The notes: generated from the sequence alone by a model not told the origin. Counted from the first letter of the whole stretch, positions 48,456-62,230 are shown. The stretch is DNA of 63,028 nt, filler included, from Chiloscyllium plagiosum (GCF_004010195.1; 3 parts of one record of this genome joined end to end with filler, not necessarily neighbours in it); one strand, 5' to 3'. Made by a program: numbers and translations.

Positions 48456-51400
48456 CTCTGTACTACTCAATAAAGTAACCTTCACTCCTATTTGTAGTTA
48501 GCAGACTTAATAAATGTTAGGCAGGGACATCTATCTATTAACACCATGATTTCTACTTGGCCTTGTCCTCATGGATGTTTTATTCTCCTTTGTGTTAGGG
48601 CTTCCCAACAAAAAGGAATCTGCACCAGGAAAGATAAGAAGGCCATCTCAGCACACCAACGTTAATTAAATTTGTCAAATTCATCACAGCAGCACAGAAT
48701 TATCAACTTTAAGCAATCTAATAAGGGGAATAATTAGGGAACATGTTATCATGCACTGAACAAACATGCAGAGCTGATCCAAATTGGCATGTCAGCAAAA
48801 CTGAATCAAAAATAATAGAGAATTAGGAGCAGGCAAGCGCATACTATGCAGCCCATTTATTTGTACATTATAGGCTTGCACGTTGTTAAACTGATCAATC
48901 ATCAGTTCTCTATACAACCCTTTTGAGAATCTTCACATAGAGAAGTAAACCTCATGCAACCTATTCAATCCCTACATTGTAAAGTGAAAGCACTTGGAGA
49001 ACCTGCAGAGTACTTTGAATTGTGTGTTGTTTAAAGGAAAACTTTTTAAATATATTTGTGTGGCTGGGCTAGTAGATACAGTCGAACATTCAAAAGCTTC
49101 AGCTGATGCAGTGTGAATGGTGTCCTACATCCTTAAAATGTCAGGCTCTTTTAGGTCAGATGTTCAATATATGATTGTGGTCTGACTTGGATAACCACAG
49201 AAACAATTGTTCTCCACATCTCACTTTTGGAGAAAATATGGCCATATCTTTACAGGCCTGTGCTCAAGCGGTCGACGATTGTCAAGATTTCCCAATGAAG
49301 GTTGCAATTTGGAGCTTCATCTCTCAGGTCAGTTACCAGGTAACATTGTTGATAGTGAAAATAGCCAAGTCAAAGTTTGCCAACCGACACCTATGTGCCA
49401 ATATTCAAACTTGGAGGCCCAATTTGCAGAAACTTCTTACTCTTAGCTTTAAAGTGCTTACATTGACTTGAGATCATAATCTTGAGATCCACCACTTTCA
49501 TGGGAGGCAGGAGTTGGAAAACAAAGTTCATTGTTTTGTTGGAAAACAAACAGCAGATGCCGAAGTCATTTGATCAATAATGAGAAGATGGAGCAAATAT
49601 AGGAGGCCATCCTACTGGCCTTTTCTTCCACTGTCTTACTTCCCTCAGCCACAATGCCATTCAAATCTGAGACAGTCAGTAACAGATCGGGAGGAATGCT
49701 CTTGCTGAGCAATATGGTTCCATTTGAGGTTGGCAGCTGATGCAAGGGAGAACACTATGGCTGGAAGTCAGAAGCAGTAGGTATCTTGTAAAACATAAAT
49801 CTATGGTACATTGTGAAAATAAAATATTGCAATAATGTTTAATCTAAAAGCTGGGAACTTAGCTGTTCCAAAAACGGTAGGACACATTCTTAACAGAAGT
49901 GCTTTACAGGAGCTGACTGATGTCTGTTTTAAACAGATTCAGAGCAAGTGGATCAGAGCTGCAGAAGGAGTTCATTGTGTGGTACATTAGTGTATATTTA
50001 GATTAAGCTAAAGCATTTAATAAGAATCTTAGCTTGTAGAACCTCAAACACTCCGAAAATATTTTAGGATTGCTAAATGCACTACTTAGACCTACTGCAA
50101 TGATTTCACAGTGCTCTGCCTTTGAAGATTGAATTCCTTCCCCAGACACCATTGGTATAATTTTATGTACAAAGCAATTTTGGTGGCAGGTGGTATTTAA
50201 TCGAATGGAAGAGTGATGGTTGGGAGTCTGCTGCCCTACGGTCTTCATTCTAATTAAATCCACCTTCGAGCTGCTCTGTATTTAAGAAGCAATGGGAGGG
50301 TTGTTGAGAGAGTAGATTGTGGAGGCAGGGAGGAGGTTAATTGTTCGAAGGCACTAGGCACTCAATGCCTAATCAAATGGCCTGGCATTAGAAAACTGGA
50401 GTTACTGCTGAGAGTCAAATAACTATTGCCCTGCTACAGATATCTCCTTCCTTCACTCTCCCACACTTTCCACCTTGCAACCACCACCCCTTTCAGTTCT
50501 TGCAGGATCGTCAGCTGAGTGAGACATCTGTCCCCTTCTTTCTCTACAGGGCTATATTTGGGAGTTGACTCTATTTTAAAAACTGCATTCAATCATCAGC
50601 TGTGTGTAGATTTCTGATGTGGATTTAGGAATCAAACACACAGATGAATTCTGAGTTCCAATTACATGCATGAGTTGCATTTCTCTTGCAATATGATTGT
50701 TAAATGTAAATGACCTAATTGGCCAGATGGTGAGTTTAATGCCTAATTAAAGACAGCATTTCCTTCTGTCTGACATGTGCCACTGCAAAAGGCAGGTGGC
50801 AGCCATTTGGGGGGTGATTTGTTCAGAAAGTCAAAGAGGTGGATTAGGCTGAGCAGTAGCCTTGCACAATAACATAAAGACCAGAACCTACACCACGCTA
50901 GTTGGCCCTATAAATGTATCGCAAAACCACCTTGAGTGAAATGTAGTTGGGCTCTTTGGTGAACCTGATAGTTGTACACTGACGTGCATAAGTCTGCTTG
51001 GGTTCACTCAAAAAAAGCTTTGAAAATGGATCACTGGACCATAGCAATAACTATGGATAGTAGCCCTTTCATTTAACTACTTGTCTGCCTCATGTTTATT
51101 TCGGTATCTCTCAAATATCTTGTTCTTGGGAGCTTGCTCTATTACATCCCAAGTCTCTGCATTAATTCTTCCTTGGTCATAAATGCAAACTTACTGACTT
51201 TAAATGTCAGATAATCAAAGCAATCCACATTACTTTTGATACAACTAGCTTTGAAGATGGCAGCTTTCCATGATATATAGCATGCACATCATCACTGTAA
51301 TCGCCTTATTGATATAATGTGACGACAAACACCTTTTTAATAATATCTCAGTTGAGTTTGAAGCTCACACACTATTCAGTAAAATCAATTTGATCACAGC

Positions 51401-52229
51401 TGACCTCAATTCATGGCCCTTCCATAGTAAATGGGATCCAACAGAGTCAACCAATTTGGATGTGGAGACCAATACATCATAACTTTGGCACTTGTTAGTA
51501 GAGAAATGAGATACAAAAAAACTTATGTGTTTAACCAAGCATTTTGTCACTCTCCTAACATCTCTCCTTTGTCTGAGCTTCCATTTCCCATATTATCATT
51601 ATAACAGAGTTCCATATAATTTTGACAGATGAGGACTGGAAACTATACCATGCAAATTAATGAATATTCATTAATTATTTTCAAAGACACAATTCAGCAA
51701 GACTTCGTTAGAAGCCTTTTACATTAGCTCCCAGTTCCATGTGATCTGACATCACTGATGATGCACTCTAGCTAGTAACGTAACATCCTTTAACCCCTTA
51801 AATGACAGATTCTGGATTGTGATTCTGTGAAATGCCTTAAAGTTTCTGCATAAATGTGTTATGTACTGCACTGAGTAAAGTTGTATTATCTCTTTTCAAA
51901 TTAAACAAAAGTTGAAGAGGAGATGAGTTGACATAAACACTTAATAAAGCCATGTTGTTTCTGCAGCTTACATGTTCTACCTCACTATGCAAGAGAACAG
52001 AATTGTGTGATATTGAATCATTTGTGATGACTGGCATCTTAGCATAGGATAAAATAAATTAATTCAATTTAACGTACTGACAAAGCACGATCACAACGTA
52101 TTTCCTTTAACCAAACGCACATAGTATAACAATGATTGTATGTGATTAAGCAATCTTTTTGGGATATCAGAAATTTGACAACAGTAGATTATTTTGATAA
52201 AATATTCAACTATTACAAAAACACTTGGA

Positions 52230-53150
52230 ACATTTCATTTGAAGGTGTTGTCTAAGTTTGAAACTGTACAGATCTTTGGCTGACTTGACCAGACCTTATG
52301 ATAGTGACATGTGGGAGAGTTCTCAAACTGTCCATTTTCTCCTGAAGACTTTTTCTGGGAGGTTATCCCTAGTGACAGTGTTGTCTCTTTGCCTGTGAAA
52401 TGTATGCAGGTAAGTGTGGGTGATGCTGATTGGTTACCTTGTGCATAGATAGTAGAGAGGCCCCTGAGGTGAGATTGATTCGTTTGCAGTCCGGCACCAT
52501 TTGTTGTCACCTCATACAAGTATGGTACTCTGCACACTTTGAGCATGTCTGCTCAGATCCACATCTGTTCTTGCAAGGGGTGGATTCTCACCTTCCAGCC
52601 AAAGTATAGTGGTGGTAATTCTGCATCTTCATGGATGTCAGTTGTGATTTTCCTCTCATCTTTTCTTTGATATAACTGGTCTATGATGAAAGTGGACTTG
52701 GTGAGTTTGATAGCCCCACTGATACTCCCACTGATCGACCAATCAGAATTTCAACAGGCGATGGAAATCCAGAGTCTAATGGTGCTGTGCAATGATGCAA
52801 CAATACAACTTTGGTGTCCTATTCAGTCTCTGAACCCTTTTTGATGAGCAATTTGACACTTCTGGCCATGCATTCAACATTCTGATTTGAACAAGGATAC
52901 CAGGGTAAAGTTTGATGTGGTTGATGGACCATCATTCATGCATATTCTGGAATGGTTTACCCATATGCAATTTTGGATACTACTTCCATGGGTATCAAAG
53001 AGACTAACCATAGCACCAATAGTACAGGCCATTGCCGCAATCTTTGTGCCCTAAAGCTTCTGAATGAGTGGATGTTTGGAGTGAGAGCCAGTTATAGCCA
53101 AGGTATTCACTGCACACATCAAATACATCTGTTGCTACCTTGATTCACAG
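52230..53150 (-). mobile_element. Gypsy-type integrase relic
   Basis: Minus strand HI..PWYPCSNQNVECMARSVKLLIKK resembles HITSSPxYPQSNGxxERxVxTVKxLLKK; heavily decayed. Confidence 0.55.
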
Positions 53151-53353
53151 AGATGTCAGTATGTCAGGTGATTGAGCCCAGTAAGTACTGTTTTTTTAAA
53201 TAAGAGGAATATCAGAAATTCCAGTTTCTTATTATAAGAATGAAGTCAAAATAACTTTTTAATTAAAGAAGTCAGTGAAACAAACACAAAGAAGGTTGAA
53301 ATAGTCTCTCGTGCTCTAACATCCAGAATCAATGTAAGTTAAACATGAATTTT

Positions 53354-53500
53354 TAGATTAGATTAGGTTCCCTACAGATTGGAAACAAGCCCTTCGGCCC
53401 AACAAGTCCACACCGACCCTCCAAAGAGTAACCCGCCCAGACCCATTTCCCTCTGACTAATGTACCTAACACTATGGGCAATTCACCTGACCTGCACATC
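53354..53500 (-). mobile_element. HE1-type SINE 3' fragment
   Basis: Reverse complement of the HE1 tail. Confidence 0.85.
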
Positions 53501-53501
53501 T

Positions 53502-54500
53502 ATGTGACCAACGGTGTGCCACAAGGATTGGTGCTGGGTCCACTACTTTTTGTCATTTATATAAATGATTTGGATGCGAACATGGGGATACGGTTAGAAA
53601 ATTTGCAGATTACACCAAAATGGAGGTGTACCGGACAGCGAAGAAGGTTACCTCAGAATACAATGGGATCTTGACCATATGGGCCAATGGGCTGAGGAGT
53701 GGTAGATGGAGTTTAATATATATAAATGTGAGATGCTGCATTTTGGAAAGGCAAACTAGGGCATGACTTAGACACTTAATGGTAAGTTCCTAGGGAGTGT
53801 TGCTGAACAAAGAGACTATGGAGTGCACATTCATAGTTTCTTGAAGGTGGAGTTGCAGGTAGACAGGATAGTGAAGAAGGTGTTTTGTCTGTTTTCCTTT
53901 ATTGGTTAGTGCAATGAGTATAAGAGTTGAGAGGTCATATTGTGGCTGTACAGGACATTGGTTCAGCTACTATTGGAATACTGTGTGCAATTCAGGTCTC
54001 TCTGTAAACTTGAAAGGGTCCAGAAAAGATTTGCAAGGATGTTGGCAGTCTTGGAAGGTTTGAGCAATTGGGAGAGACTGAACTGGCTGGGGCTATTTTC
54101 CCTGGAGCTTTGGAGACTGAGAGGTGATCTCAAAGGTTTATAAAATCATGAGGGGCATGGATAGGGTAAATAGACAAGGTGTTTTCCCTGGGGTGGGGGA
54201 GTCTAAAACTAGAGGACATGGGTTTAAGGAGAGAGGGAAAAGATTTAAAAGAGATCTAAGCGGCAACTTTTTCACACAGAGTTTGGCGCATTTATGAAAT
54301 GAGCTGCCAGAGGAAGTAGTGGAGGCTGGTACAGTTATAATATTTAAAAGGCATCTGGATGGGTGTACGAATATGAAGGGTTCAGAAGGAAATGGGTCAA
54401 ATGCTGGCAAATGGGACTAGAGTAATTTAGGATATCTGGTTGGCATAGCTGAGTTGTACTGTAGGGTCTGTTTCCACGCTGTATATCTCTATGACACTAT
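53502..54500 (+). mobile_element. CR1 LINE RT-to-3' end
   Basis: VTNGVPQGLVLGPLLFVIYINDLD; LEYCVQF; ends CTCTATGACACTATG. Confidence 0.9.
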
Positions 54501-55319
54501 GTAATGCCACATCACATATGCCTTCTCATGATGGCATAACTATTTACAAAATCATGCATTTAAATGACTACACCAATAAATATTAGCATACTATCACAAA
54601 CGTATTATGTCCCTATCTGTTACAAAATCGTTGTTTGAGGGACAAATATTTGCCAAAACATGGTGGAGAATTTCCCTGTTCTTTGAAATTGTGCCAAATC
54701 CACCTTTGACATGACTTAAATTCTAAATTAAAGGCTAACAGATCTTAAAGTGTTGTACTTCCTGAGTACTGCACTTACAAAGGTTCCTAGATTTTGTGTT
54801 CAATTCTCTGGATTGGGACTTGAATCTGCAACTTTATGGTGCTTATTATCTTTTGGCTGACACCCTATAAAATTAATTAAGCAAAAAGAAATTCCATCAT
54901 ACAACTGAAATTTGAAACTCTGTCTTTTAATAGCTTTAATTTAAAGACAATACCTAATAAAGCTCAATATCTTATTTATGATAAGAAATGAATAGTGATG
55001 TTTGATCTTCATCCAAACATATCATAGGAAACTGATGCAGAAATTGGTGTGTCATTTCCTATGTTCTCCATATCATTTCCTACACTTGTCCATATGTGGA
55101 CTGGAAATACACAGCATTTCTGGCAGAAAACTTTATAGGATATGTTGATCTCTGTGCATCGGTTTTCAATATGTGCACCTAGCAAACTAAAGTGGTCAAC
55201 AAGAATGTAAAGATGTAAAAATGTATCTATAAGTTCCTATACTATCTGTTATAGTTTACAAAACCCTGGACTGAAATTGCTGACTACGTTGTACAACTAA
55301 AGGGCTGCTTTTGAAGTAC

Positions 55320-55458
55320 GAGGAGAAAGTGAGGTCTGCAGATGCTGGAGATCAGAGCTGAAAATGTGTTGCTGGTAAAGCGCAGCAGGTCAGGCAGCAT
55401 CCAAGGAACAGGAGAATCGACGTTTCGGGCATAAGCCCTTCATCAGGAATGAGGAAAG
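55320..55458 (-). mobile_element. PLE family A terminus with intact hammerhead core (55419-55446), running into a gap
   Basis: Minus strand CTGATGA-A-GGGCTTATGCCC-GAAAC-GTC. Confidence 0.82.
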
Positions 55459-55558
55459 NNNNNNNNNNNNNNNNNNNNNNNNNNNNNNNNNNNNNNNNNN
55501 NNTTAATTAATTAANNNNNNNNNNNNNNNNNNNNNNNNNNNNNNNNNNNNNNNNNNNN
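55459..55558. other. assembly gap with TTAATTAATTAA spacer
   Basis: Ns flanking TTAATTAATTAA at 55503-55514. Confidence 0.98.
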
Positions 55559-55641
55559 TCACCTGACTTGCACATCTTTGGACTGTGGGAGGAAACCGGA
55601 GCACCCGGAGGAAACCCACGCAGACACGGGGAGAACGTGCA
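55559..55641 (-). mobile_element. HE1-type SINE fragment
   Basis: Central domain, reverse complement. Confidence 0.85.
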
Positions 55642-55745
55642 GTCTTACATGAATTCATGCAGTTTTTGAGCAAAGTACAATGTAACTCTGCAAATACAAA
55701 TTCACCGCACAAACGTATATGTATATGTGTGCATGTGGGTTTATG

Positions 55746-56120
55746 ATTTGGAGATGCTGGTGTTGGACTGGAGTGTACAAAGTTAAAAATCACACAACAC
55801 CAGGTTATAGTCCAACAGGTTTAATCAGAAGCACTAGCTTTCGAAGCGTCGCTCCTTCATCAGGTGATAGTGAGGACTCAATCCTAAGACACAGAGTTTA
55901 TAGTTTACAGTGTGATGGAACTGAAATTATACATTGAAAAATACCTTGATTGTCTGTTGAGTCTTTCATCTGTTTGAATATCATGATAGTTTTTGCTATA
56001 AATTCTGTGTCTTAGGATTGAGTCCTCCACTATCACCTGATGAAGAAGCAACGCTCAGAAAGCTAGTGTGCTTCCAATTAAACCTGTTGGACTATAAACT
56101 GGTGTTGTGTGATTTTTAAC
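55746..56120. mobile_element. PLE family C inverted-repeat element with two hammerheads
   Basis: Arms ~55780-55900 and ~55995-56120; near-TSD CATGTG[G/T]GTTTATG at 55732-55745 and 56121-56134. Confidence 0.75.
55832..55866 (-). ncRNA. Minimal type I hammerhead ribozyme (family C)
   Basis: Minus strand: CAC-CTGATGA-A-GGAGC-GAC-GCTTC-GAAA-G-CTA-GTG; a more decayed plus copy lies at 56034-56068. Confidence 0.75.
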
Positions 56121-56322
56121 CATGTGTGTTTATGTGTGTGTATGTCTGTCTGTCTGGGATGGGGGGATGTGAGTGTGAGAGAGAGTGTGAGTATGTGAGT
56201 GCAGAGTGGTCTAAGTTTCTGACAGGATGCATGTGTGAGTGTGTATGTGTGTGTCTGTGTGTGTGTATGTGTGTGTGTATGTGTGTATATGTGTGTGTCT
56301 GTGTCTGTGTGTGTGTGTGTGT
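56121..56322. repeat. Imperfect (TG)n microsatellite / low complexity
   Basis: Direct inspection. Confidence 0.95.
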
Positions 56323-56469
56323 TTCCCCACAAAGGCAGCAGCAGTCTTACTCTTGGTATACAGTCCAGCTGCCCCGGGGGGTGGACCAGAGGGGGGGGCA
56401 GGGAGGGAGCGGATGGGGTTGGGGGACGGACAGGGTTGGAGGGGGCGGATGGGAATGGGGTTGGGTAAT

Positions 56470-59400
56470 GAACGAAATAGTGCCCGCCCATCTCATTCGG
56501 ACAATCGAGGTTCCTAAATATATCTAGTGGTCGAGATTAAGGGTAATGCAATGAGCTTACGGTACTGGTAAATGAATCCCTTCATCCTCAAGAACAGCAA
56601 GGTCGTTGAGTACTTTCCTAGGGAATTTGAAGCATTTTTGGCCACCAACTCGGGTACAGCCAATAATCTGTCCATTCTTTGGGAGATTGCTAAGGCCAAT
56701 GTGAGAGGATAATTATCCCATATTCGGCCAGTCAGAAGCAACAGAAGGGAGAGCAGCAGCATCTGTTTGAGGCATGATTGAAGGCAAGTGAGACGGCATA
56801 TTACAGTAGGCCATCAGTGACTAAGCTGCAGTGGCTCACAACCCTTCGATCCACCTTAAACTCCATACTTACACATACAGCCAGGAAGGAACTTTCCTTT
56901 GTGAAGCAAAGACTGTTTGAGCATGGTGGTAGGCCGGGTAAATATTTGGCATATCTAGTTAGGAAGAAGAATTCCTCCCAGTCTATTGTTTCTATTAGAG
57001 AAGGGAATGGGACTCTTACTTGTAATGTGAAAAAGATCAATGCGGCATTTCGGAGGTTCTACTCTGAATTGTATCAGTCTGAATGTTATGAAGATATATG
57101 GGTTAAAATGGAGTCTTTTTTGTGAGGAACTTGGATCTTCCAGGGGTGTCTGCTGAGCAGGTGTCTCTCCTTAGTGCTCCATTAACAGCACAAGAGATCC
57201 AGGAGGCGGTGAGGCAACTTCAAAGTGGAAAGGGGCCCGGCCCTGATGGTCTTTCCAGTGAGTTTTATAAAGAATTTGTAAACATACTGTCATGGCCGCT
57301 GCTAGACATGTATAACTATTCATTTGGTCATGATTGCCTCCCACCATCCTTGAGAGAGACTAATATCCCTCTTATCCCCAAGAAAGGGAAGGCCCCGGAG
57401 GACAGTGCTTCTTAAAGACCTAGCTTGCTCTTCAATTCGATTTTAAAATTTTATCTAAGACTTTGGCATTGAGGTTGGAAGGGGTATTGTTCTCTATTGT
57501 TAAAGAAGATCAGATGGGCTTTATAAGGAGTCACTGATCCTCTAATAATGATAGGAAGTTGCTTAACTTGATTCAAGTATGCAAGCAGCAATCGGTTCAA
57601 GAGTTGGTGGTCTCTCAGGACACAGAGAAAGCATTTGATCGGGTGGAATGGCCATATCTCTTTTATAATTTGGAGCAGTTTGGCCTGGGTGAAGTATTTA
57701 CTAGATGGGTAAGGGTCCTTTACAGTAATCCTCTAGCGGTGGTTCTCAGCAATGTTATTAGGTCTGATCATTTTAACCTTGGTAGGGGCAGTCGGCAAGG
57801 CTGTCCCCTTTCACCTTTGCTTTTCACATTGGTGATTAGCCATTGGCGGAGGCCATTCATGGGTACCCTATTATAGCTGCCCCAAAGGTAGTGTCAAAGG
57901 TGCATAAGATTACACTATACAGGGTGATATTCTTATTTTTCTCTCGAACCCAGCAGTCTCGGTGCCCTGTTTGATGCAGTGTATTAATTCATTCTGTTCT
58001 TTCTCAGGTTTCAAGATCAATTTTTCAAAGTCGGAGGCTATGCCTAAGGGGGTCTTAGGGGAATGCCTGGCATAGAAGGTGGGTTGAAACTTTATTGCTG
58101 GAACAGCACAGCAGGTCAGGCAGCATCCAGGGAACAGGAGATTCGACGTTTCGGGCACAGGCCCTTCTTCAGGCCCTTCTCCTGTTCCCTGGATGCTGCC
58201 TGACCTGCTGTGCTGTTCCAGCAATAAAGTTTCAACTTTGATCTCCAGCATCTGCAGACCTCACTTTCTCCTCATAGAAGGTGGGTTCCCCTTTAAGTGG
58301 GCACATGGAGGTTTTCTTTACTTGCTTTGAACAATTATTCAAGGCTAATTGTGTTCATTTCTTTGACAAGATTAAACAAGACCTTCAGAGGTGGGGGCCC
58401 TTCCGATATCATGGTTAGGTCGAGTCGCTCTTATCAAAATGAATGTTCTTCCTCACTTATTGTACCCTTTGTGGATGCTCCCTTTGCGCTTTCCTTGACA
58501 AACATTTTGGAAATTGAATGGCTGGTGTAGTTCTTTTATTTGGTGTTATAAGTGGCCCCTTATTAAGCTTATGAAACTGCAATTGCCCCAGGGATTGGGG
58601 GGACATTAGACAATATCAACTGAGCTCCCTCCTATCTTTTGTAAGTGATTGGGCCTGTGGGGACTCAGCATCGACATGGTAGGACATTGAGGCCTCCCAG
58701 ACGAAGTGTCCTCTTATCAACCTGTTGTTTTTAGACAAATTGAGGACAGTTGCAGAACATTGCCATAATCCAATATTTACTAATACTGTCAAAGCATGGA
58801 AGGCATTGAGCCAGATGGGGGGTAATATGTCTACAATATCTTTTCTCACTCCCGTAGTTGGCATGCTGGGTTCCAGCCAGGAACAATGAATCCCGGGTTT
58901 AAACTTTGAGTGGAGAGGGGAATCTCTTGTTTGGGTGATCTGGTTGAGGGTGAAACGCTGATGTCATTTGATCAAATAACTTGGAAGTATGGATTGTCGA
59001 GCAGGAACCTCCTCCATTTCTTTCAGATTAGTGATTTTATCCGAAAGGAGACCACACTTTTGACTGAGTGTTATAGATCTGATATGGAAAAGAGGGTGTT
59101 TCAGGCAAAGAGCACTCTTTCAGTGAGTACTCTCCATCATTTGTTGCGGGGAGGTTCCTCGGGTGACATCGAGTGTCTATGTGAGGTCTAGGAGAGAGAG
59201 TTAGGAGTTGAGATCAGATAGGAGTTGAAACATGGGAGGGCTTTTGTGAGAATGTGAAGAGGATTTCAATATTTAATAGGACCCATGCTATGCAGTTAAA
59301 GATTCTTCACAGAACTCTCTTGGCCCCAAATCATCTTGCAAAATTTAAGCAGGGAGCATCTTCACTGTGCCCCAAATGTAAAATAAATACGCGTACCCTT

Positions 59401-60065
59401 ACTTATTGTTTGTGGTCCTGTTACAGGCTCCATGTGTATTGGAGTACTCTGGCAGCAGTGATATAGAGGGTCTTGGGGACTGAAGTCAAGGTGGACCCGA
59501 TCTTTTTGCTCTTGGGTCTGCCAAAGTTACCTCACTTAGATGTACATGGAAAAAGCTTCTTAACATTCTCACGTTTTGGGCAAGGAAGAACAATCTGATA
59601 TGCTGAGTGCCTGAGAAACCCTGGGTCTGTTGAGGTGTTGTAAGTTAATTATGGAACACATTCTTTTCGACTTTCTTACAAATATGGTGCACCAAAAAAT
59701 GGACAACTTTTATAAGACATGGCAACCCTTTTTGAATTACTTGGAAGCAGATCTGTCAGCCATTTTAAGTCGGGCTTTTGTCTAGTCATAATGGTTTGAT
59801 CTGATAAACCTAAGGCCATGAGAAGACGAATTTCAAACAAATGTGGGTTTAATCTTTGATGTTCTTGAAGGTTGACAGCTATGGTCTTGTTGCGCTGAAC
59901 ACATTATTTATTTATTTTTTGATTTGTAGTAAGTGTAGTTTTGATTTCTTTTGTAGAGTAGTACAGTAGTTGGTTTATTGTTTATTGCTGGTTTTGATGT
60001 TATGATGTTTTATTTTCATTTTTCTGTAACTTTCTAATATTGTAAAGAAAATTTTTTCAATAATT
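56470..60065 (+). mobile_element. 5'-truncated, decayed L1-clade LINE (ORF2 RT, C-terminal Cys motif, T-rich 3' UTR)
   Basis: KGPGPDGLSSEFYKEF, DTEKAFDRVEWPYL, RGSRQGCPLSPLLFTL, CPKCK...CLWSC; many stops and frameshifts. Confidence 0.92.
58083..58272. mobile_element. PLE family A hairpin element inserted in the L1
   Basis: TSD CATAGAAGGTGG at 58071-58082 and 58273-58284; minus core at 58145-58172. Confidence 0.88.
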
Positions 60066-60189
60066 TCTATTTAAATGCAGACATTGTTGGATTCCTGTAA
60101 GCTCCCCAATAGGTTGACATTGTTTCAGGGTAATTAAAATTCCTTGTATGCACCTATACCTGGCCCTTACACCACCCTCCCCAACATTT

Positions 60190-60830
60190 TTTTTAATTTA
60201 TTCACAGGATGTGGGTATTGTTGGCTAGACCAGTATTTATTGCCCATCCCTAGTTGTTCAGAGGGCAATTAAGAGTCACCCATGTTGCTGTGGGTCTAGA
60301 ATCACATGCAGGCCAAGCCAGGTAAGGATGTCAGTTTCCTTCCCTAAAAGACATTAGTGAGCCAGATAGGATTTCCCAACAATGGTCTCATGATCATCAT
60401 TAGACTCTTAATTACAGATTAGATTACTTTACAGTGTGGAAACAGGCCCTTCGGCCCAACAAGTCCACACCGACCCACCGAAGCGCAACCCACCCATACC
60501 CCTCCATTTACCCCTTACCTAACACTATGGGCAATTTAGCATGGCCAATTCACCTGACCTGCACATCTTTGGACTGTGGGAGGAAACCGGAGCACCCGGA
60601 GGAAACCCACGCAGACACGGGGAGAACGTGCAAACTCCACACAGTCAGTCGCCTGAGGCGGGAACTGAACCCGGGTCTCTGGCGCTGTGAGGCAGCAGTG
60701 CTAACCACTGTGCCATCGTGCCACCCACAATGTTTTATTGAATTAAAATTCCATGGTGAGATTTGAACCCAGGTCCCCAGAGTCTCTTGATTAATAGTCT
60801 AGTAATGGTACCACTAGACCATTGCCTTCC
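60190..60830 (-). mobile_element. tRNA-derived SINE (35240 family) interrupted by an HE1 SINE
   Basis: Segments 60190-60412 and 60730-60830 are reverse complements of 35240-35600. Confidence 0.7.
60416..60726 (-). mobile_element. HE1-type SINE, full length
   Basis: Reverse complement of the HE1 head, central domain and tail. Confidence 0.92.
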
Positions 60831-61639
60831 CCTGCAACTTGCAAGTTTGTACTCCGCAGAGGGATCCAATACACAACAGTATCGCTTGCCAGGTTTCAAT
60901 ATGTTGAGAATCTGATTAAACAAGACTATAATGGATAGCTCAACTTTATTAGTATCCATCAATCTGTTCACAAAATATGCTGAAGAAGGGAAAATGAGAT
61001 GGAATTTGTTTCAATTATAATCTTAGTGATCGCTTGGGATAGAGCTAAATGTAATGTTCCTGCACAATGTAAACACATTCAAGTGAGGGAATCCAAATGG
61101 AAACTGAAAAATACTTTTGTGTGAGAACTCAGTGAAGAGTTTAGCACTAAAGAGAAATACCCAATGTCAGTGAATAAGCTCTGTCAACTTTTAATGTCAA
61201 ATCCCAAGCTTGTCCCATCATTCCGTCCACTCTGAGAAGAAGAACACCTAAGACTCAACAACAGTGATGCAAAGAGCATTATTCCACATGCAGCCATGTG
61301 GAATAATCATCTGCATCTGATACTTAAGGACATGGAAATGAAACCATTACATAGGCTACAAATTCCAAGGTATCACCGCAGATAATGGATGTTGCCAGGA
61401 ATTAGATTGAGGTCATTGCCACATGCATGGAAAGTAACGTACAAATTAAGGCTACAAAGATTATGCACATAGCAGAAGGAGGAAGAGAAAAACCAATTAT
61501 AGGTCACAGAGGAAGCACCTTACTGGGTAGACATGGCTATGGGACAGGCTTTCAGCCAACATGTGAGCATCATGAGGACAAAAAGAAGGAATGCTGAGCA
61601 CCAAAAGAATCAAAGACACAAGGCTTGGGTGGACTGCAG

Positions 61640-62230
61640 GTATGAATGGGCAAGCAGTTCCCAAAGAGGTGAACCAGAGTCTTCAGTAAAATTAAGCAGA
61701 TTACTGAGAGACAGTGAACCAAAGGCATTGCTGTTACAGCACTGCAAGGCAGTGCTGGAGATACCTTCCCATGGCTAGAAACCCCATCAGCTACATCTGA
61801 CATCTCCTGCAAACAGGCCTGCAGTAGGCAGCTTGGGATGCAGCATTATACCAGCGATGCTGAAAATCACTGTGATATTGAAGTTATTGAACTTACTCAC
61901 CAACAACTCCCTCCCAACTTCAACTGGCATCTGCCAATTCATAGTTCAGAAATCTATTCATGAGTTCACTGATATCCTTCATAAAAAAGCAATACGGTTT
62001 ATCCAATTCTTCAGAGATCCACACCGCCAAAGTGCTCAAGCTACTGGATTTTCAGCCATCATTCTGTTCCCTTGGGTCCAACGGTTATTATTTCCGGCAT
62101 GTGGTATTCAGAGCTCATTGGCATCACCCAGTCAGACTCCTGAATTGGAAGAAATTTCATTCCCTCAATGTCCAGCTCAATTGCATCCAGAGGTAGACCA
62201 TATAGGTGCTTATCCGCTATCCAGGGAGAT
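61640..62230 (+). mobile_element. Harbinger (HARBI1-like) transposase N-terminal relic
   Basis: MLKITVILKL...TGICQFIVQKSIHEFTDILHKKAIRFIQF.RD..RQSAQATGFSAIILFPWVQ / RHVVFRA resembles the HARBI1-type HTH and FPxVxGxIDCTHV region; the catalytic Asp is lost. Confidence 0.65.

Noticed and set aside
53151..53180. 30-nt phase 1-1 exon-like segment as the next host exon
   Set aside because: Weak pyrimidine tract, adjacent to a Gypsy relic, and no resemblance to the expected continuation.
54630..54835. Possible ancient Deu-domain-type SINE on the minus strand
   Set aside because: Resemblance from memory only; too diverged to support by eye.
56078..56527. CV/HT-rich ORFs
   Set aside because: Translations of a (TG)n microsatellite and a G-rich tract.
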